Notes under the pieces: model-generated
Seen by the model: the letters and a program-made list of their open reading frames with translations, nothing else
Databases searched by the model: none
Told to the model about the DNA's origin: nothing
Position numbers and translations under genes: made by a program
DNA from: a virus
DNA length: 64,000 nucleotides
Virus record (IMG/VR): IMGVR_UViG_3300005841_000032
Coordinates: 1-64,000 of that record
Direction: 5' to 3' (one strand)
Part shown: piece by piece, positions 37,213 to 47,069 of the stretch
Layout: each line of letters begins with the position of its first letter
Position numbering within the stretch: the first letter of the stretch is position 1

Positions 37213-38043
37213 TTAAAAAAATCCTATTCTTCTTTTACCTTTATTTATTTGATCAAACTCAAACATTTTATCGATGCAAAAATGCTTAATTTCATCTATA
37301 GTTTTGCCCCTCAATTCAATTGCATAATTTTTTACATCTTGTTCTTTGAAAATATTTTTAAAGGTATTTGTTATTATCTCAAATATTTCCTGTTCAGAAT
37401 TTATTCCTCCTATTTCTATTGTGTATTTAAATCTACTTGGTCTTTTTTTAATTGCGTCTGGTATTAAATCTATATAGTTAGTGCTACCAAAAAATATACT
37501 ATTGTCAATAGATAGGTGTCCGTCTAAGATGGCTTTTAATAAAGCTTCCTTCGAAGCAAATACATCTATTTCATCCATTACTATAACAAAAGGATTAATG
37601 TGACTTTGACGTAATTGCACAACAAAATCCCAAATATCTTTTAAATGATGTTCGCTATATTCAATGTAAAATACCAAAGCATTACTGGTATCTATTAATT
37701 GCTTGCAATATCTTTTAATAATAGAAGATTTTCCCGTACCCTCTTGCCCATAAAACAAAACACCCAATTTATGAATTAATCCTAATTCAGAAACTTTTTT
37801 ATATTCGAAGTAGCCATTAATGACTTTATCTATAATCTCTTTATTGCGCCAATTAAACATCAATAAATTTTCTTTTAGTTCAATTTTATTTATTTGAACT
37901 CTATTGGCTGGATAATCAAGCCACTTTAACAAATAAGTTCCAGTCTCTAAAAATTCAATTGATTTAATCGTTTCAAAATTAGAATAATTAACCTCGCCAT
38001 TTTCTAAATAATGAAAGGATTTAAAATGACTTGATTTAAACAT
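37213..38043 (-). CDS. AAA+ ATPase
   Basis: GVLFYGQEGTGKS, MDEID, STN, RPSRF. Confidence 0.88.
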   Translation of the reverse strand: MFKSSHFKSFHYLENGEVNYSNFETIKSIEFLETGTYLLKWLDYPANRVQINKIELKENLLMFNWRNKEIIDKVINGYFEYKKVSELGLIHKLGVLFYGQEGTGKSSIIKRYCKQLIDTSNALVFYIEYSEHHLKDIWDFVVQLRQSHINPFVIVMDEIDVFASKEALLKAILDGHLSIDNSIFFGSTNYIDLIPDAIKKRPSRFKYTIEIGGINSEQEIFEIITNTFKNIFKEQDVKNYAIELRGKTIDEIKHFCIDKMFEFDQINKGKRRIGFF

Positions 38044-38611
38044 AGCCTCTGTTTTTAAATATTCGTGGATAATGTATCTTCAATAATGATTTGCAATGGG
38101 TCTTGTTTATACATTTTAAACAAGTAAGACTTTTATGATTATAAAGGGTTGTAAATTGAAGGCAGTGAAAAAGTCTGGCTTCGTCTTCGAATCTTTTCTT
38201 CTCATTTTCTTCTGCAATATTTAATTCGCCATTTGATATGCCAGTTTCTAATATTTCTTTTTTAAGCTCATCAACATTTATTCCTATAGTAGCTAAAAAC
38301 TGACCGCTATAATAACTTTCTTCGTCTTTTTTTTCAAGCCATTTTTTGAATGTAGATTTTCCTATAATCCAAGATAAAGAAATATCACGTTTGGTCACTT
38401 GACCAAACCGTCTATTAAACGACCAAGCGAAATAATTAATTAAGAAATTAACAGAGATTGATTCTAATTGATAGTGACGTGCAAGTAGACCAATGAAATT
38501 ATCTATTAGCAGAGATTGTTTCTGTAAGTTTAAATCTAGTTTGAATTGTTTCTTGTAGAAACGAGAATAAAAATGGTTGTATAACCGCTCTGTCAGTAAA
38601 TGCAAATCCAT
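38036..38611 (-). CDS. Hypothetical protein with C-terminal Cys cluster
   Basis: C..C....C; first gene of the replication operon. Confidence 0.6.
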   Translation of the reverse strand: MDLHLLTERLYNHFYSRFYKKQFKLDLNLQKQSLLIDNFIGLLARHYQLESISVNFLINYFAWSFNRRFGQVTKRDISLSWIIGKSTFKKWLEKKDEESYYSGQFLATIGINVDELKKEILETGISNGELNIAEENEKKRFEDEARLFHCLQFTTLYNHKSLTCLKCINKTHCKSLLKIHYPRIFKNRGYV

Positions 38612-38616
38612 TAGGC

Positions 38617-38624
38617 CAAAAGTA
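38617..38624 (-). promoter_or_regulatory. -7 element TACTTTTG of the replication operon
   Basis: TAnnTTTG match 5 nt before ATG 38611. Confidence 0.6.
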
Positions 38625-38649
38625 ACTAACGTTTTTCAAAAAGCCAAAA

Positions 38650-39234
38650 TTAATCGTAAGCAATATGTAGTTCTATATTTTCCTTAGTTGCCAAGCTCAA
38701 AGTATGGTCAATATATATACTTTGAAACTGTTCGTCGGATAAATTATCACATTCTGATACTTCGCTTCTAATTTCTCTGGAAATAACTAGAGCATAATAT
38801 TGACCAGCTGGAAGATCGGGCAAGAAAATAGCATTAACTTCAGTATCGGCCTCCACCAATGTAACCGAAAAAGGCTTCGATCCTATCGTTGGCAATTTTT
38901 CCTCTGTTACTAAATCTCCACATGAATCTGCAATAACGGGTAATCCAGCTATTTTAAATATGCAAAATTGTTGATCGATTACGTCCGATTCATCTGAAAA
39001 TATTTGGTCAAACCACGCACGCACATTTGTGCGATCGGCATTTGAATTATTGTATAAGGCAATGATCAAATAAGTGGGCTTTTTATTTTGTTTCCCAAAT
39101 TCACTTACGCTATCAAAAATGGCATTTAAATAATCGTTGGGAACTGGAGTGCTAGAAATATAGCCGCCAAGCGATTTATAAGCAAATTTTTGTTGCGCCT
39201 GAAATGTTGCTGCTCCTGTATAATATAAAATCAT
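38650..39234 (-). CDS. Putative virion/tail protein
   Basis: SLGGYISST...N.IFD.VS motif; end of tail module. Confidence 0.55.
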   Translation of the reverse strand: MILYYTGAATFQAQQKFAYKSLGGYISSTPVPNDYLNAIFDSVSEFGKQNKKPTYLIIALYNNSNADRTNVRAWFDQIFSDESDVIDQQFCIFKIAGLPVIADSCGDLVTEEKLPTIGSKPFSVTLVEADTEVNAIFLPDLPAGQYYALVISREIRSEVSECDNLSDEQFQSIYIDHTLSLATKENIELHIAYD

Positions 39235-39335
39235 TGACTTATTTTCCCATTTTGGGAAGTTTAAAATATTTATTTAAAATGTCTTGCTTTCTAAACTTAA
39301 AGATACTAGTTTAGAGTCATCAAAACAAAACAGAT

Positions 39336-39512
39336 ATGAAAGCACAAAAAATCACTAACAAAATGCTACGTCAAGCGTGGCGCGATGAACATAGTAAATT
39401 AAGGACTTACAAAGCACACATCTCACGCGCACCGAGATATGGCGGTGGAACCATTCACCTAATTAGCGCAGGACCAATGAATAATATAACTTCAACTGAA
39501 CTTTATTCTTAA
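39336..39512 (+). CDS. Small basic protein (58 aa), moron gene 1
   Basis: Own translation MKAQKITNKMLRQAWRDEHSK...; A-rich leader, promoter-like sequence upstream. Confidence 0.55.
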   Translation: MKAQKITNKMLRQAWRDEHSKLRTYKAHISRAPRYGGGTIHLISAGPMNNITSTELYS

Positions 39513-39518
39513 ACATTT

Positions 39519-40010
39519 ATGAAACGCATTATTTTGATCATCGGGGTAGCGGTTGCAATTGCTACATTATTTGTTAGATGCTCTTTAGTGGAAGAACCTG
39601 AATTCAAGGTTGATCCATTGCTACAGCCATATGTAGAAGAATTTTACAATGAAATGGAATCAAGAGATATTTACAAAACTAAAGTAAATCTCATTGTGAG
39701 ATTTGGTAATGAAAATCATACTTTTCATCAGGGGCGACAGGTAATTATAGAAATATTGAAATCACAATTCGATAGATATAACAATGACGTCGAACATTAT
39801 TTAAATTTTTCTATTGTAAGTCATGAAATGGGACACGCTCTGTTTAAATTAAAAGATGTGCAAGGCGATGAAATTTCACTAATGAATTATAGTTGGACGT
39901 ATACTTCATACATGAAGGTGCCATCAACTAGAAAATTGTTTTTGGATCAATTGATTTTAAAAACAAATATTACTCAAAATCAACTTTGGAATACTCTTAA
40001 TACTCATTAA
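39519..40010 (+). CDS. Lipoprotein zinc metallopeptidase, moron gene 2
   Basis: Signal peptide ending LFVR-C; HEMGH; SLM Met-turn-like. Confidence 0.75.
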   Translation: MKRIILIIGVAVAIATLFVRCSLVEEPEFKVDPLLQPYVEEFYNEMESRDIYKTKVNLIVRFGNENHTFHQGRQVIIEILKSQFDRYNNDVEHYLNFSIVSHEMGHALFKLKDVQGDEISLMNYSWTYTSYMKVPSTRKLFLDQLILKTNITQNQLWNTLNTH

Positions 40011-42724
40011 GGTTTATAAAGAATAGTAATAAATCCTCTATTTTGAGTAGCATCATCAAAATTCGAACTATCAAAAAATCCTCCCCCTAATCTATCCAAT
40101 ACTATAGTGGCAGGGCTACTGCCAAAAATTTCAGCTATTCTTCCAGAATGGAATTGTTCGTTTGGATTATTTTCATATCTATCCGCTAGAGAATAATTTG
40201 CCCTAACAATAGCTGCCGTATCATTTAGAATCATGACATTTACTGATACTATTTTTAATGCATCTATCGATGCAAGCGATACGGATACACTAGGGGTAGA
40301 CGACATGTTCCATACACCAATATCAAAGCAATAACTATTTAATTGTACGGCGTCGCCTGATTTAACAACTTGTCCAGACGCTATTTTAGTCGCAGTAATT
40401 CCTCCATCTTTTACATGTATGTTGCCTCCACCAATTTCTAATGTTGTATTGTCAACTACTCCTGAATTTAATTTTGAAGTTGTGACTCCACTATCTTTAA
40501 TTCTAAGCGTATCGGAGTTGATCTCTAATGTTGAATTGTCAACATTTACATCAATAATGAAATCTGCACTCAAATCTCCGCCCCCAGATAAGCCGCTACC
40601 TGCCCCTATACTTCTAGTTCTTGGAGGCGGGCCATTTACATAGTCAATGGAGATTATTCCGCTTGCGGAATTGAAGTCATTAGAGTTAAATGCTGATGCC
40701 CCCTTGGTTGAACCATCGGCGACGGCATCGTTTATCGCCAATGTTCTATTGGCCGAAAGATCGCCTCCGCCGGTTAACGGTGCAATTGTGCTTATCGTTC
40801 TTGTAGAAGAGACAAAGCCGGTTCCTTGAGATATATGCTTAAATAAAAACCAATTGGTTCCATCAAAACGAGCTACAAATATTAAGTTATTGTTTGCTGC
40901 TTGCTCTAAGTCATCAGAAGTTATAGAATATAATAAGTCTCCGGGGTCGCCGCTATTGATATAATTTTGCACTATATCAAAAGTAAATACACCCAGATTA
41001 TAAGTTCCTCTAAACTGAATCACAAAAGAATTACCATTCCTTAATGTACTAGGCAAATCTGTCCTTAAATCCAGATATGCATTTGTAGTTAAATTGTAAA
41101 CAGGACCAAAGTCAATACTTTCATTGTCCCCAACTACAATTGAATCGTCATTCGTAATTACTACAACTTCTTTTCTGGTGCCAACTACAAATCTGGTTAC
41201 AGGGTCAGTATCAGTATCAATGCTTACATACTCAACTCCAATTACCTGCCCTGTAGTTAATCCGCTAATAACATTTGAATAACTATTTGCAGCCAATTGC
41301 AAAGTTATATCAGTTGTATAGGCTGTTCTGCTATTGCTTATTTGAACTCCATTGTCATCAAAAGACGATTCATTCAAATAGCCAACTGCATCAACTGGAA
41401 TTGAAGTTAATTCGCTATATGATTTAAAATTTTTATAAGCGTATTGAACTGAATAGTTGGCTGGACTTTCAAATACAGTTAATGGAACAACTGCAAATTC
41501 CTGATTAATAGGAAATGAAAGTTTTTGATTCCCTAAATCTATGCCGTCGCTATCTTGTGAATTTCCTGTAAATACAATATCAATAGCCTCTGCATTAGGG
41601 GCAACAAGTAATTGCTGACTAGAATTTGCAAACTTATCTACATCTAATGTATCAAGGATGAGATTTATCTGAGTTGCAGAAAGAGAAGATTGTTTAACTG
41701 TATAATATGCCCCATCTTCCGTATACAATCTCCACCCATCAAAATCACCGTTTGTAAAGTCGGAAGTTGTTCTGAACTTACCGCCATTTCCGGCAATCAA
41801 AGTAACTCGATTTGCACTCGAATCCATAGTCCAGTTTGAACTACGAAAAGCCCATGCAATCTGAACTAAGTTTTTATCCCTAGGAGTATTAGTAGAATCA
41901 AATTTAATTGATTCTACTCCTATAAGCGCATTATCAGAAATGCTTATATTATTATTTTCATAATCGGCTTTATCGCGATATATATTAAGACTTCTTTTAT
42001 CCTGAATTGTTATTGTGCTTCCAGTTCTTTTTACTCTTGCCAATAAAAATTCCTGACCTTCAATTAATGCCGGTGGCGTATTTAAAACACTTTCAACAAT
42101 AGCTGTTAGCGTACAACTATCATATTGATAGGGGTATTTATCATCGCTTGGTACAGATATACCGGGAGTAAATGTGCCCACAATAGCAATTTGCAAATTA
42201 CTTTCTGATAAAAAATCTCCAGCAAGTAAGGCATTGTGTTCATCGATCAATTCTACAACATCATATTCAAACAAATTAAGTGTTGAATTTGGGAATGATA
42301 TGCGAGTTGGATTATTTGGCTGACCTCTTAAAATCTCTGTTAAATCTCCATCTGGGCAAACTAAATTGCCTTGCTTGTCTATTGATACAAGAAATTGTTC
42401 ATTTGGAGAGTACGTATGTGATATTTTAAGCCATCTCCATTGAGAATCGTTGGCAATTGAAATGTTATCGGTAGCCGGTCTATAAATTATATTCCCTTCA
42501 TTGTTTATAGCAAACAATTCATTGTTTTTAATAGAGCCAATATTTGTTCCCTGACTTATTTGCCCATTATCAAAATTTCCCTCAATGTAATTGGCAAATA
42601 ATCCAAACTCAATAGAGTTTTTAAGAAATAATTTTCTGAATCCATCATCATCTAAAAATTTTTTAAACCGATTAAGTTCTTGTAACCCTATAAATAAATT
42701 TGAAGATGTTTTGAAATTGGCCAC
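40007..42724 (-). CDS. Baseplate-attached tail fibre protein
   Basis: 905 aa; two GGGDLSA repeats; D.STLEI...L.IKD.G.T..K repeats; FDGTNW. Confidence 0.7.
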   Translation of the reverse strand: MANFKTSSNLFIGLQELNRFKKFLDDDGFRKLFLKNSIEFGLFANYIEGNFDNGQISQGTNIGSIKNNELFAINNEGNIIYRPATDNISIANDSQWRWLKISHTYSPNEQFLVSIDKQGNLVCPDGDLTEILRGQPNNPTRISFPNSTLNLFEYDVVELIDEHNALLAGDFLSESNLQIAIVGTFTPGISVPSDDKYPYQYDSCTLTAIVESVLNTPPALIEGQEFLLARVKRTGSTITIQDKRSLNIYRDKADYENNNISISDNALIGVESIKFDSTNTPRDKNLVQIAWAFRSSNWTMDSSANRVTLIAGNGGKFRTTSDFTNGDFDGWRLYTEDGAYYTVKQSSLSATQINLILDTLDVDKFANSSQQLLVAPNAEAIDIVFTGNSQDSDGIDLGNQKLSFPINQEFAVVPLTVFESPANYSVQYAYKNFKSYSELTSIPVDAVGYLNESSFDDNGVQISNSRTAYTTDITLQLAANSYSNVISGLTTGQVIGVEYVSIDTDTDPVTRFVVGTRKEVVVITNDDSIVVGDNESIDFGPVYNLTTNAYLDLRTDLPSTLRNGNSFVIQFRGTYNLGVFTFDIVQNYINSGDPGDLLYSITSDDLEQAANNNLIFVARFDGTNWFLFKHISQGTGFVSSTRTISTIAPLTGGGDLSANRTLAINDAVADGSTKGASAFNSNDFNSASGIISIDYVNGPPPRTRSIGAGSGLSGGGDLSADFIIDVNVDNSTLEINSDTLRIKDSGVTTSKLNSGVVDNTTLEIGGGNIHVKDGGITATKIASGQVVKSGDAVQLNSYCFDIGVWNMSSTPSVSVSLASIDALKIVSVNVMILNDTAAIVRANYSLADRYENNPNEQFHSGRIAEIFGSSPATIVLDRLGGGFFDSSNFDDATQNRGFITILYKP

Positions 42725-42761
42725 TTTAATATTTTTTTTACCCTAATAATTAATATGATTT

Positions 42762-45700
42762 TTAAAAAGTTACCCAATTTGTTCCGTCAAAAAACACCGG
42801 AACTTTTGTTGATCCACCACCAACAACGGCAACTAGGAAAGAAGGCGTAAGGGCGTCGGTAACGTAGGCAACGTCCCCAACCGTTCCAGTGGGAAGAGTA
42901 GATACTGTAAAAGATTTTAAATTTAACACAGTAGATAATTTAGTTCCAGTTGAAGATATTCTTATCCGTTCTGAAGCTGTTGCTCCTGCGGCCATAGTAT
43001 TAAATATAATATCGAAGTCTTCCGATGCAGGGGTCACATCAGTAGTAACCACATCTATTGCGGCCCCTATCTTAGAAGATCCACTAGAATTCTGTGAAAT
43101 AAATTCCATGCCAACTCCTACTCCAATTGCTGGTGTGCCAGACGTTGAGTGATCTAAAGTTAATATTCTTGTTATTGAACTATTTGATGCATTGAATTCA
43201 AGGGCATGAATAAGCCTTGTTGGAGTATATCCAACACCGTTTGATATTGCCCATTTACTACCATTCCAATCTAGTCCAACGCTGCTACTTTGCTCTACTG
43301 TAAAATGCCCAGTGCCTTTTGTATTGATTATTAGCCCAACATCAGACACAGAGCCATCCATAGCAAATATTCTATTTGATCCCGTACTTGTTGAATTGCC
43401 AAAAGTATAATTCCCTATACCCTTGGTTGCCATTATAAACCCAACATCTGTTGCTGAACCATCTGCAATTAAACTTCTATTTGCTCCTGAAATACCTGTA
43501 CCGAACGAGGCGTTACCGGCTAAAGTAGAGAATATTCCAGAAGGAACGGCATTTGTTCCGTCTGACTTCATTAATTCATTATTGGCCGCCGTATTTGTTA
43601 TGCCGCCACCGGATGATGATAAGGTATGAGTAGAATGTGTATAAGTTAGCCCTGAACCTATATTTACATTTACATTTACTCCGTCCGTATCGTCCCAACC
43701 AATAATAGAGTTCACATTTGGGTCGGTCCAATTTGTTAGACGTCCATTTGTGGTGGCAATTGGAATAAATCCAGATGTCAACGCAGCGTCATTTAACGTA
43801 TATTCCTTTCTAGCCGCACCTGTTGTTATTGTGAAATACGTTTTATCGGTAAGAAACTCTATAGCTCCTATTTCAGGTGACGTCATCAACGGTCCCGACG
43901 GAATTTTCATAGGAGCCGTACCCGCCGCTGTAGTGCCGGCTGCAAAAGTATGCGATACGAAATTTGTAATCCCGCTATTACCCACCCAGAATAAATCTTT
44001 GGTCGTGTTCCCGCTTACGCCATTATTTCCAAAAAATTTAAATCCGCCTGTTGAAAAACTTTGTGCAAACGTCATGAAACCACTAGAGGTATACGGAGTG
44101 AAATAACCAAAATTACTTGTTGTCACAGCACTAGAAATACCCTTGTTAAGTAAATATTCTAATGTGCCTTCTTGGTGTATCTCCATTACCTCTACCTGAT
44201 TTCCTGTTGTACCTCCAGATACAAACCATTGATGTGATCCAACAGCGTTGAAACCTGGTGAATAAGTAGACGAGTTACCAAAATAATTTCTGTGTTGCTG
44301 CTGTGCGCTTGTGTTCGATAGTGTAAACGTGTTCATTACCGTGGCTGAGAAAGCAGATACTATTTTTGATCCGCTCTTTAATAACCAATCTTGTGTCTTG
44401 TCGTAATTAGTTGTCGGCACAATCGCTCCTTGTCCTACCAAAGAGCCATTAACAAATGTTTTACCATCGAGCCTTGTATTAGGTCGTGTATTATTTACGA
44501 CTCCAACGTTTCCTAACGAGTCAACGCCTAATTGATAAGCCTTTGGTAAAAAAGGCGGACTAAAGTACTTGATATTGTTAAATTGACTAGCGCCGTTTGT
44601 TACCAGTGCCTGAGAGCTTATTGTGTTAAGTTGTTTAACAGTGCTATAAATTACTTCCGCGATTAATAAATGTCCCTGATCGTTCGGATGAATATTGTCA
44701 GCTGTATAAATAGTGGGACTAATGCCTTGAGATGAAAAAGGCGTCGTAATATCAACGTATATCGCACCGAGTGAACCGCACAACGTAACCAAAGCCGAGT
44801 TATATGCTGTTGGACTGTTTCCTATATACGATCCGGCGATACTCAAAACGATTACTTGACTTGCAGGCCATCCCTTAGTTGTAATCGCATTATTAAGAAT
44901 TGTCGTCATATCGTTTGAATATTGAACTGATGTCCGACCGGCGGTAAGGTCATTAATACCCAATTCAAAGCATAGATATTTATGAGTCGAAGAATTGTAA
45001 GTAGGTATACTCCCAAGATTTGATACAGCGAAAGTTTGTGCTGTTATTCCGCCTGTACCAGTAGAGGCCTCAGTTAATCCATAAAGATTAGATACCTGTT
45101 TTGAAAATCTCCAGTTAGTTGTAGACGCTCCTGTACCCGCAGTAAGTGAGTTTCCAAGCGCAACGAACGATTTTCCTGAAAGACTTTCAGAAATAGGGTT
45201 TCCAATGTTTTGTTTGGCCGTCGAAAGTCTTGTATTGGCATTATCCCATGTAAAGCTACTTGACCCGGCAAAAGCTCCTGACGAATTATACTGCACTTGA
45301 GTATCTGATCCTCCAGCAGAACCAGAAAACGAAGAAGCCGTTCTATATTTAATCTGGCCAGTTGATGAGTTTCGTACGAGTACCTGAGTTAACGCGTCGT
45401 CATTTACTGGAGTAGATGCAATATTAAAATTTGGCACATAAACTTGATCTGGGTCGGATGACCGCGCAACAATGCCATGCCCTCCCAAAATAAGAGAGTT
45501 TGGTGACGTTGATGGTATATGGTGGTCGTATCCGCCAAATATGCCTGATAATGCGCCAAGAGCACCTCTACCTGAAACCTGAGCTGAAGTATTTGCTGAA
45601 ATATTAATAGCATTGGCAAAAGCAGTAACGTGCTTACTTGAATCTGAAGATGGAATGCTAAGTCCAATAGCCATACCCCCACCACTAAATAGACCCCCAG

Positions 45701-46424
45701 ATACTTCTCCTGAATGCTTTAGTTCAGCGTACTGTCCGCCAACCATACCAACATAACCGTAGTATTTATTTCTGTTTCCCCAAACAAATCCTGCGCTACC
45801 CGAAAAAAAGTTAACATTGTCGCCAACTACATTACTAGTTCCAGTTATAAATGTATCAGTAACCGTTCCATTAGTACCGCTACCCGGATTGCCAAAAATT
45901 GTAATGTCTTCTCCAAATACCCATACATTATTGACAAAATTTAATGCATCGTGTATTGTAGGTGGAGTTTGAGTCATCCAAACTAAAGCATTAGAGTTAG
46001 CATAGAAATTATCAGTGCCTATTTTGCCAACACTACTACCGGTTCCAAATACAAAATTGTTTGCCGCAATATTTAATCCTAAATCTGATTTTACCTGAGC
46101 GATACTCCTATTGGTCCACACTCCACTCTTTCTCTGTAGGAAATCATCATTAGATGCAGTAAGTCCAATTATAGATGTTAGATCAGTTGGCACACTTGTT
46201 ATTTTAGACCACGCCAAAGAATTAAGAAATGAAGGATTTGAGTATGACCCCAACAAACTTACCTTAGATATATTCAATACATCAAATGCATCAGCTGTTC
46301 TAGATGGCAATGTTGGTTTAAGACGAATATTTGTATTTATATAAGTGGTAATGTCGCCCTCACTTGTTTGCGCAAAAGAAACATTAACTATAAGTACAAG
46401 TAAGACTAAAAGTATTTTTTTCAT
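42762..46424 (-). CDS. Tail fibre/spike-like protein with SGNH hydrolase domain and signal peptide
   Basis: MKKILLVLLVLIVNVSFA|Q; GNSLT, G.ND, D.IHP; GSDTQVQYN, paired TKG.G repeats, C-terminal FDGTNW. Confidence 0.75.
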   Translation of the reverse strand: MKKILLVLLVLIVNVSFAQTSEGDITTYINTNIRLKPTLPSRTADAFDVLNISKVSLLGSYSNPSFLNSLAWSKITSVPTDLTSIIGLTASNDDFLQRKSGVWTNRSIAQVKSDLGLNIAANNFVFGTGSSVGKIGTDNFYANSNALVWMTQTPPTIHDALNFVNNVWVFGEDITIFGNPGSGTNGTVTDTFITGTSNVVGDNVNFFSGSAGFVWGNRNKYYGYVGMVGGQYAELKHSGEVSGGLFSGGGMAIGLSIPSSDSSKHVTAFANAINISANTSAQVSGRGALGALSGIFGGYDHHIPSTSPNSLILGGHGIVARSSDPDQVYVPNFNIASTPVNDDALTQVLVRNSSTGQIKYRTASSFSGSAGGSDTQVQYNSSGAFAGSSSFTWDNANTRLSTAKQNIGNPISESLSGKSFVALGNSLTAGTGASTTNWRFSKQVSNLYGLTEASTGTGGITAQTFAVSNLGSIPTYNSSTHKYLCFELGINDLTAGRTSVQYSNDMTTILNNAITTKGWPASQVIVLSIAGSYIGNSPTAYNSALVTLCGSLGAIYVDITTPFSSQGISPTIYTADNIHPNDQGHLLIAEVIYSTVKQLNTISSQALVTNGASQFNNIKYFSPPFLPKAYQLGVDSLGNVGVVNNTRPNTRLDGKTFVNGSLVGQGAIVPTTNYDKTQDWLLKSGSKIVSAFSATVMNTFTLSNTSAQQQHRNYFGNSSTYSPGFNAVGSHQWFVSGGTTGNQVEVMEIHQEGTLEYLLNKGISSAVTTSNFGYFTPYTSSGFMTFAQSFSTGGFKFFGNNGVSGNTTKDLFWVGNSGITNFVSHTFAAGTTAAGTAPMKIPSGPLMTSPEIGAIEFLTDKTYFTITTGAARKEYTLNDAALTSGFIPIATTNGRLTNWTDPNVNSIIGWDDTDGVNVNVNIGSGLTYTHSTHTLSSSGGGITNTAANNELMKSDGTNAVPSGIFSTLAGNASFGTGISGANRSLIADGSATDVGFIMATKGIGNYTFGNSTSTGSNRIFAMDGSVSDVGLIINTKGTGHFTVEQSSSVGLDWNGSKWAISNGVGYTPTRLIHALEFNASNSSITRILTLDHSTSGTPAIGVGVGMEFISQNSSGSSKIGAAIDVVTTDVTPASEDFDIIFNTMAAGATASERIRISSTGTKLSTVLNLKSFTVSTLPTGTVGDVAYVTDALTPSFLVAVVGGGSTKVPVFFDGTNWVTF

Positions 46425-46732
46425 TAATCTTTATTGGCAATTTTGTCCCACTTATTAAACAAAGAATCGCAATTATAACCCAAACTGCCAACAATAAGAA
46501 TATCGTGTATTTGTCCAGTGGGTATAGTGAAATAATAAGATATAACTGTAATAAAAGTAGCTATTACAGCTAATAGAGTGCTTTTAAAATGATTGCTAAA
46601 GTATCCTTTGATTTCAACAAAAGTTTCTCCGGTAACATTCTTTTTCAAGAAATGACTAAACATGCCAACCATTCCTATCGCCAATAAAGAAGGCAATTCA
46701 AATAACCATTTATATTGTTCTATTGTATCCAT
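46424..46732 (-). CDS. Holin-like membrane protein
   Basis: 102 aa with 2-3 hydrophobic segments in late module. Confidence 0.45.
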   Translation of the reverse strand: MDTIEQYKWLFELPSLLAIGMVGMFSHFLKKNVTGETFVEIKGYFSNHFKSTLLAVIATFITVISYYFTIPTGQIHDILIVGSLGYNCDSLFNKWDKIANKD

Positions 46733-46739
46733 AATTCAA

Positions 46740-47069
46740 TTAATATATTTTCCATTTAGATTCATCCTGTTGCGGATTGTCATATAAAGCTCTTAAATTT
46801 AATTTCAATTCTTCTTCTACTGGGCTTGCGCCAAGCACTCCGCTTCCAACTATAATCCATTCATCGTTTTTCTTTACTAGCCCCGTATCCCCATTGCCTC
46901 TTTGAGTAGGGAATAAATTGCCGCTCGCATCCCATTCGCCACGATCATGAAAATTAATTATTGTCTCAGTAGTTACTTTTACATTACCATTATCTTGCAC
47001 CAATGGCAAAACCTCAGGTCCCTTTAAGGTAGTCGCATCATTTAATACTGATATTCTTTTATCTGCCAT
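46740..47069 (-). CDS. Short tail-fibre anchor/adaptor protein
   Basis: MADKRIS.L..A..L.G.E.LP.VQ fibre-type N-terminus; RGEWDAS. Confidence 0.55.
   Translation of the reverse strand: MADKRISVLNDATTLKGPEVLPLVQDNGNVKVTTETIINFHDRGEWDASGNLFPTQRGNGDTGLVKKNDEWIIVGSGVLGASPVEEELKLNLRALYDNPQQDESKWKIY

Noticed and set aside
40840-42800. DGR template/variable repeat suggested by FDGTNW in both fibres
   Set aside because: Similarity is a short protein motif; no ~100-bp adenine-specific repeat and no reverse transcriptase in the window
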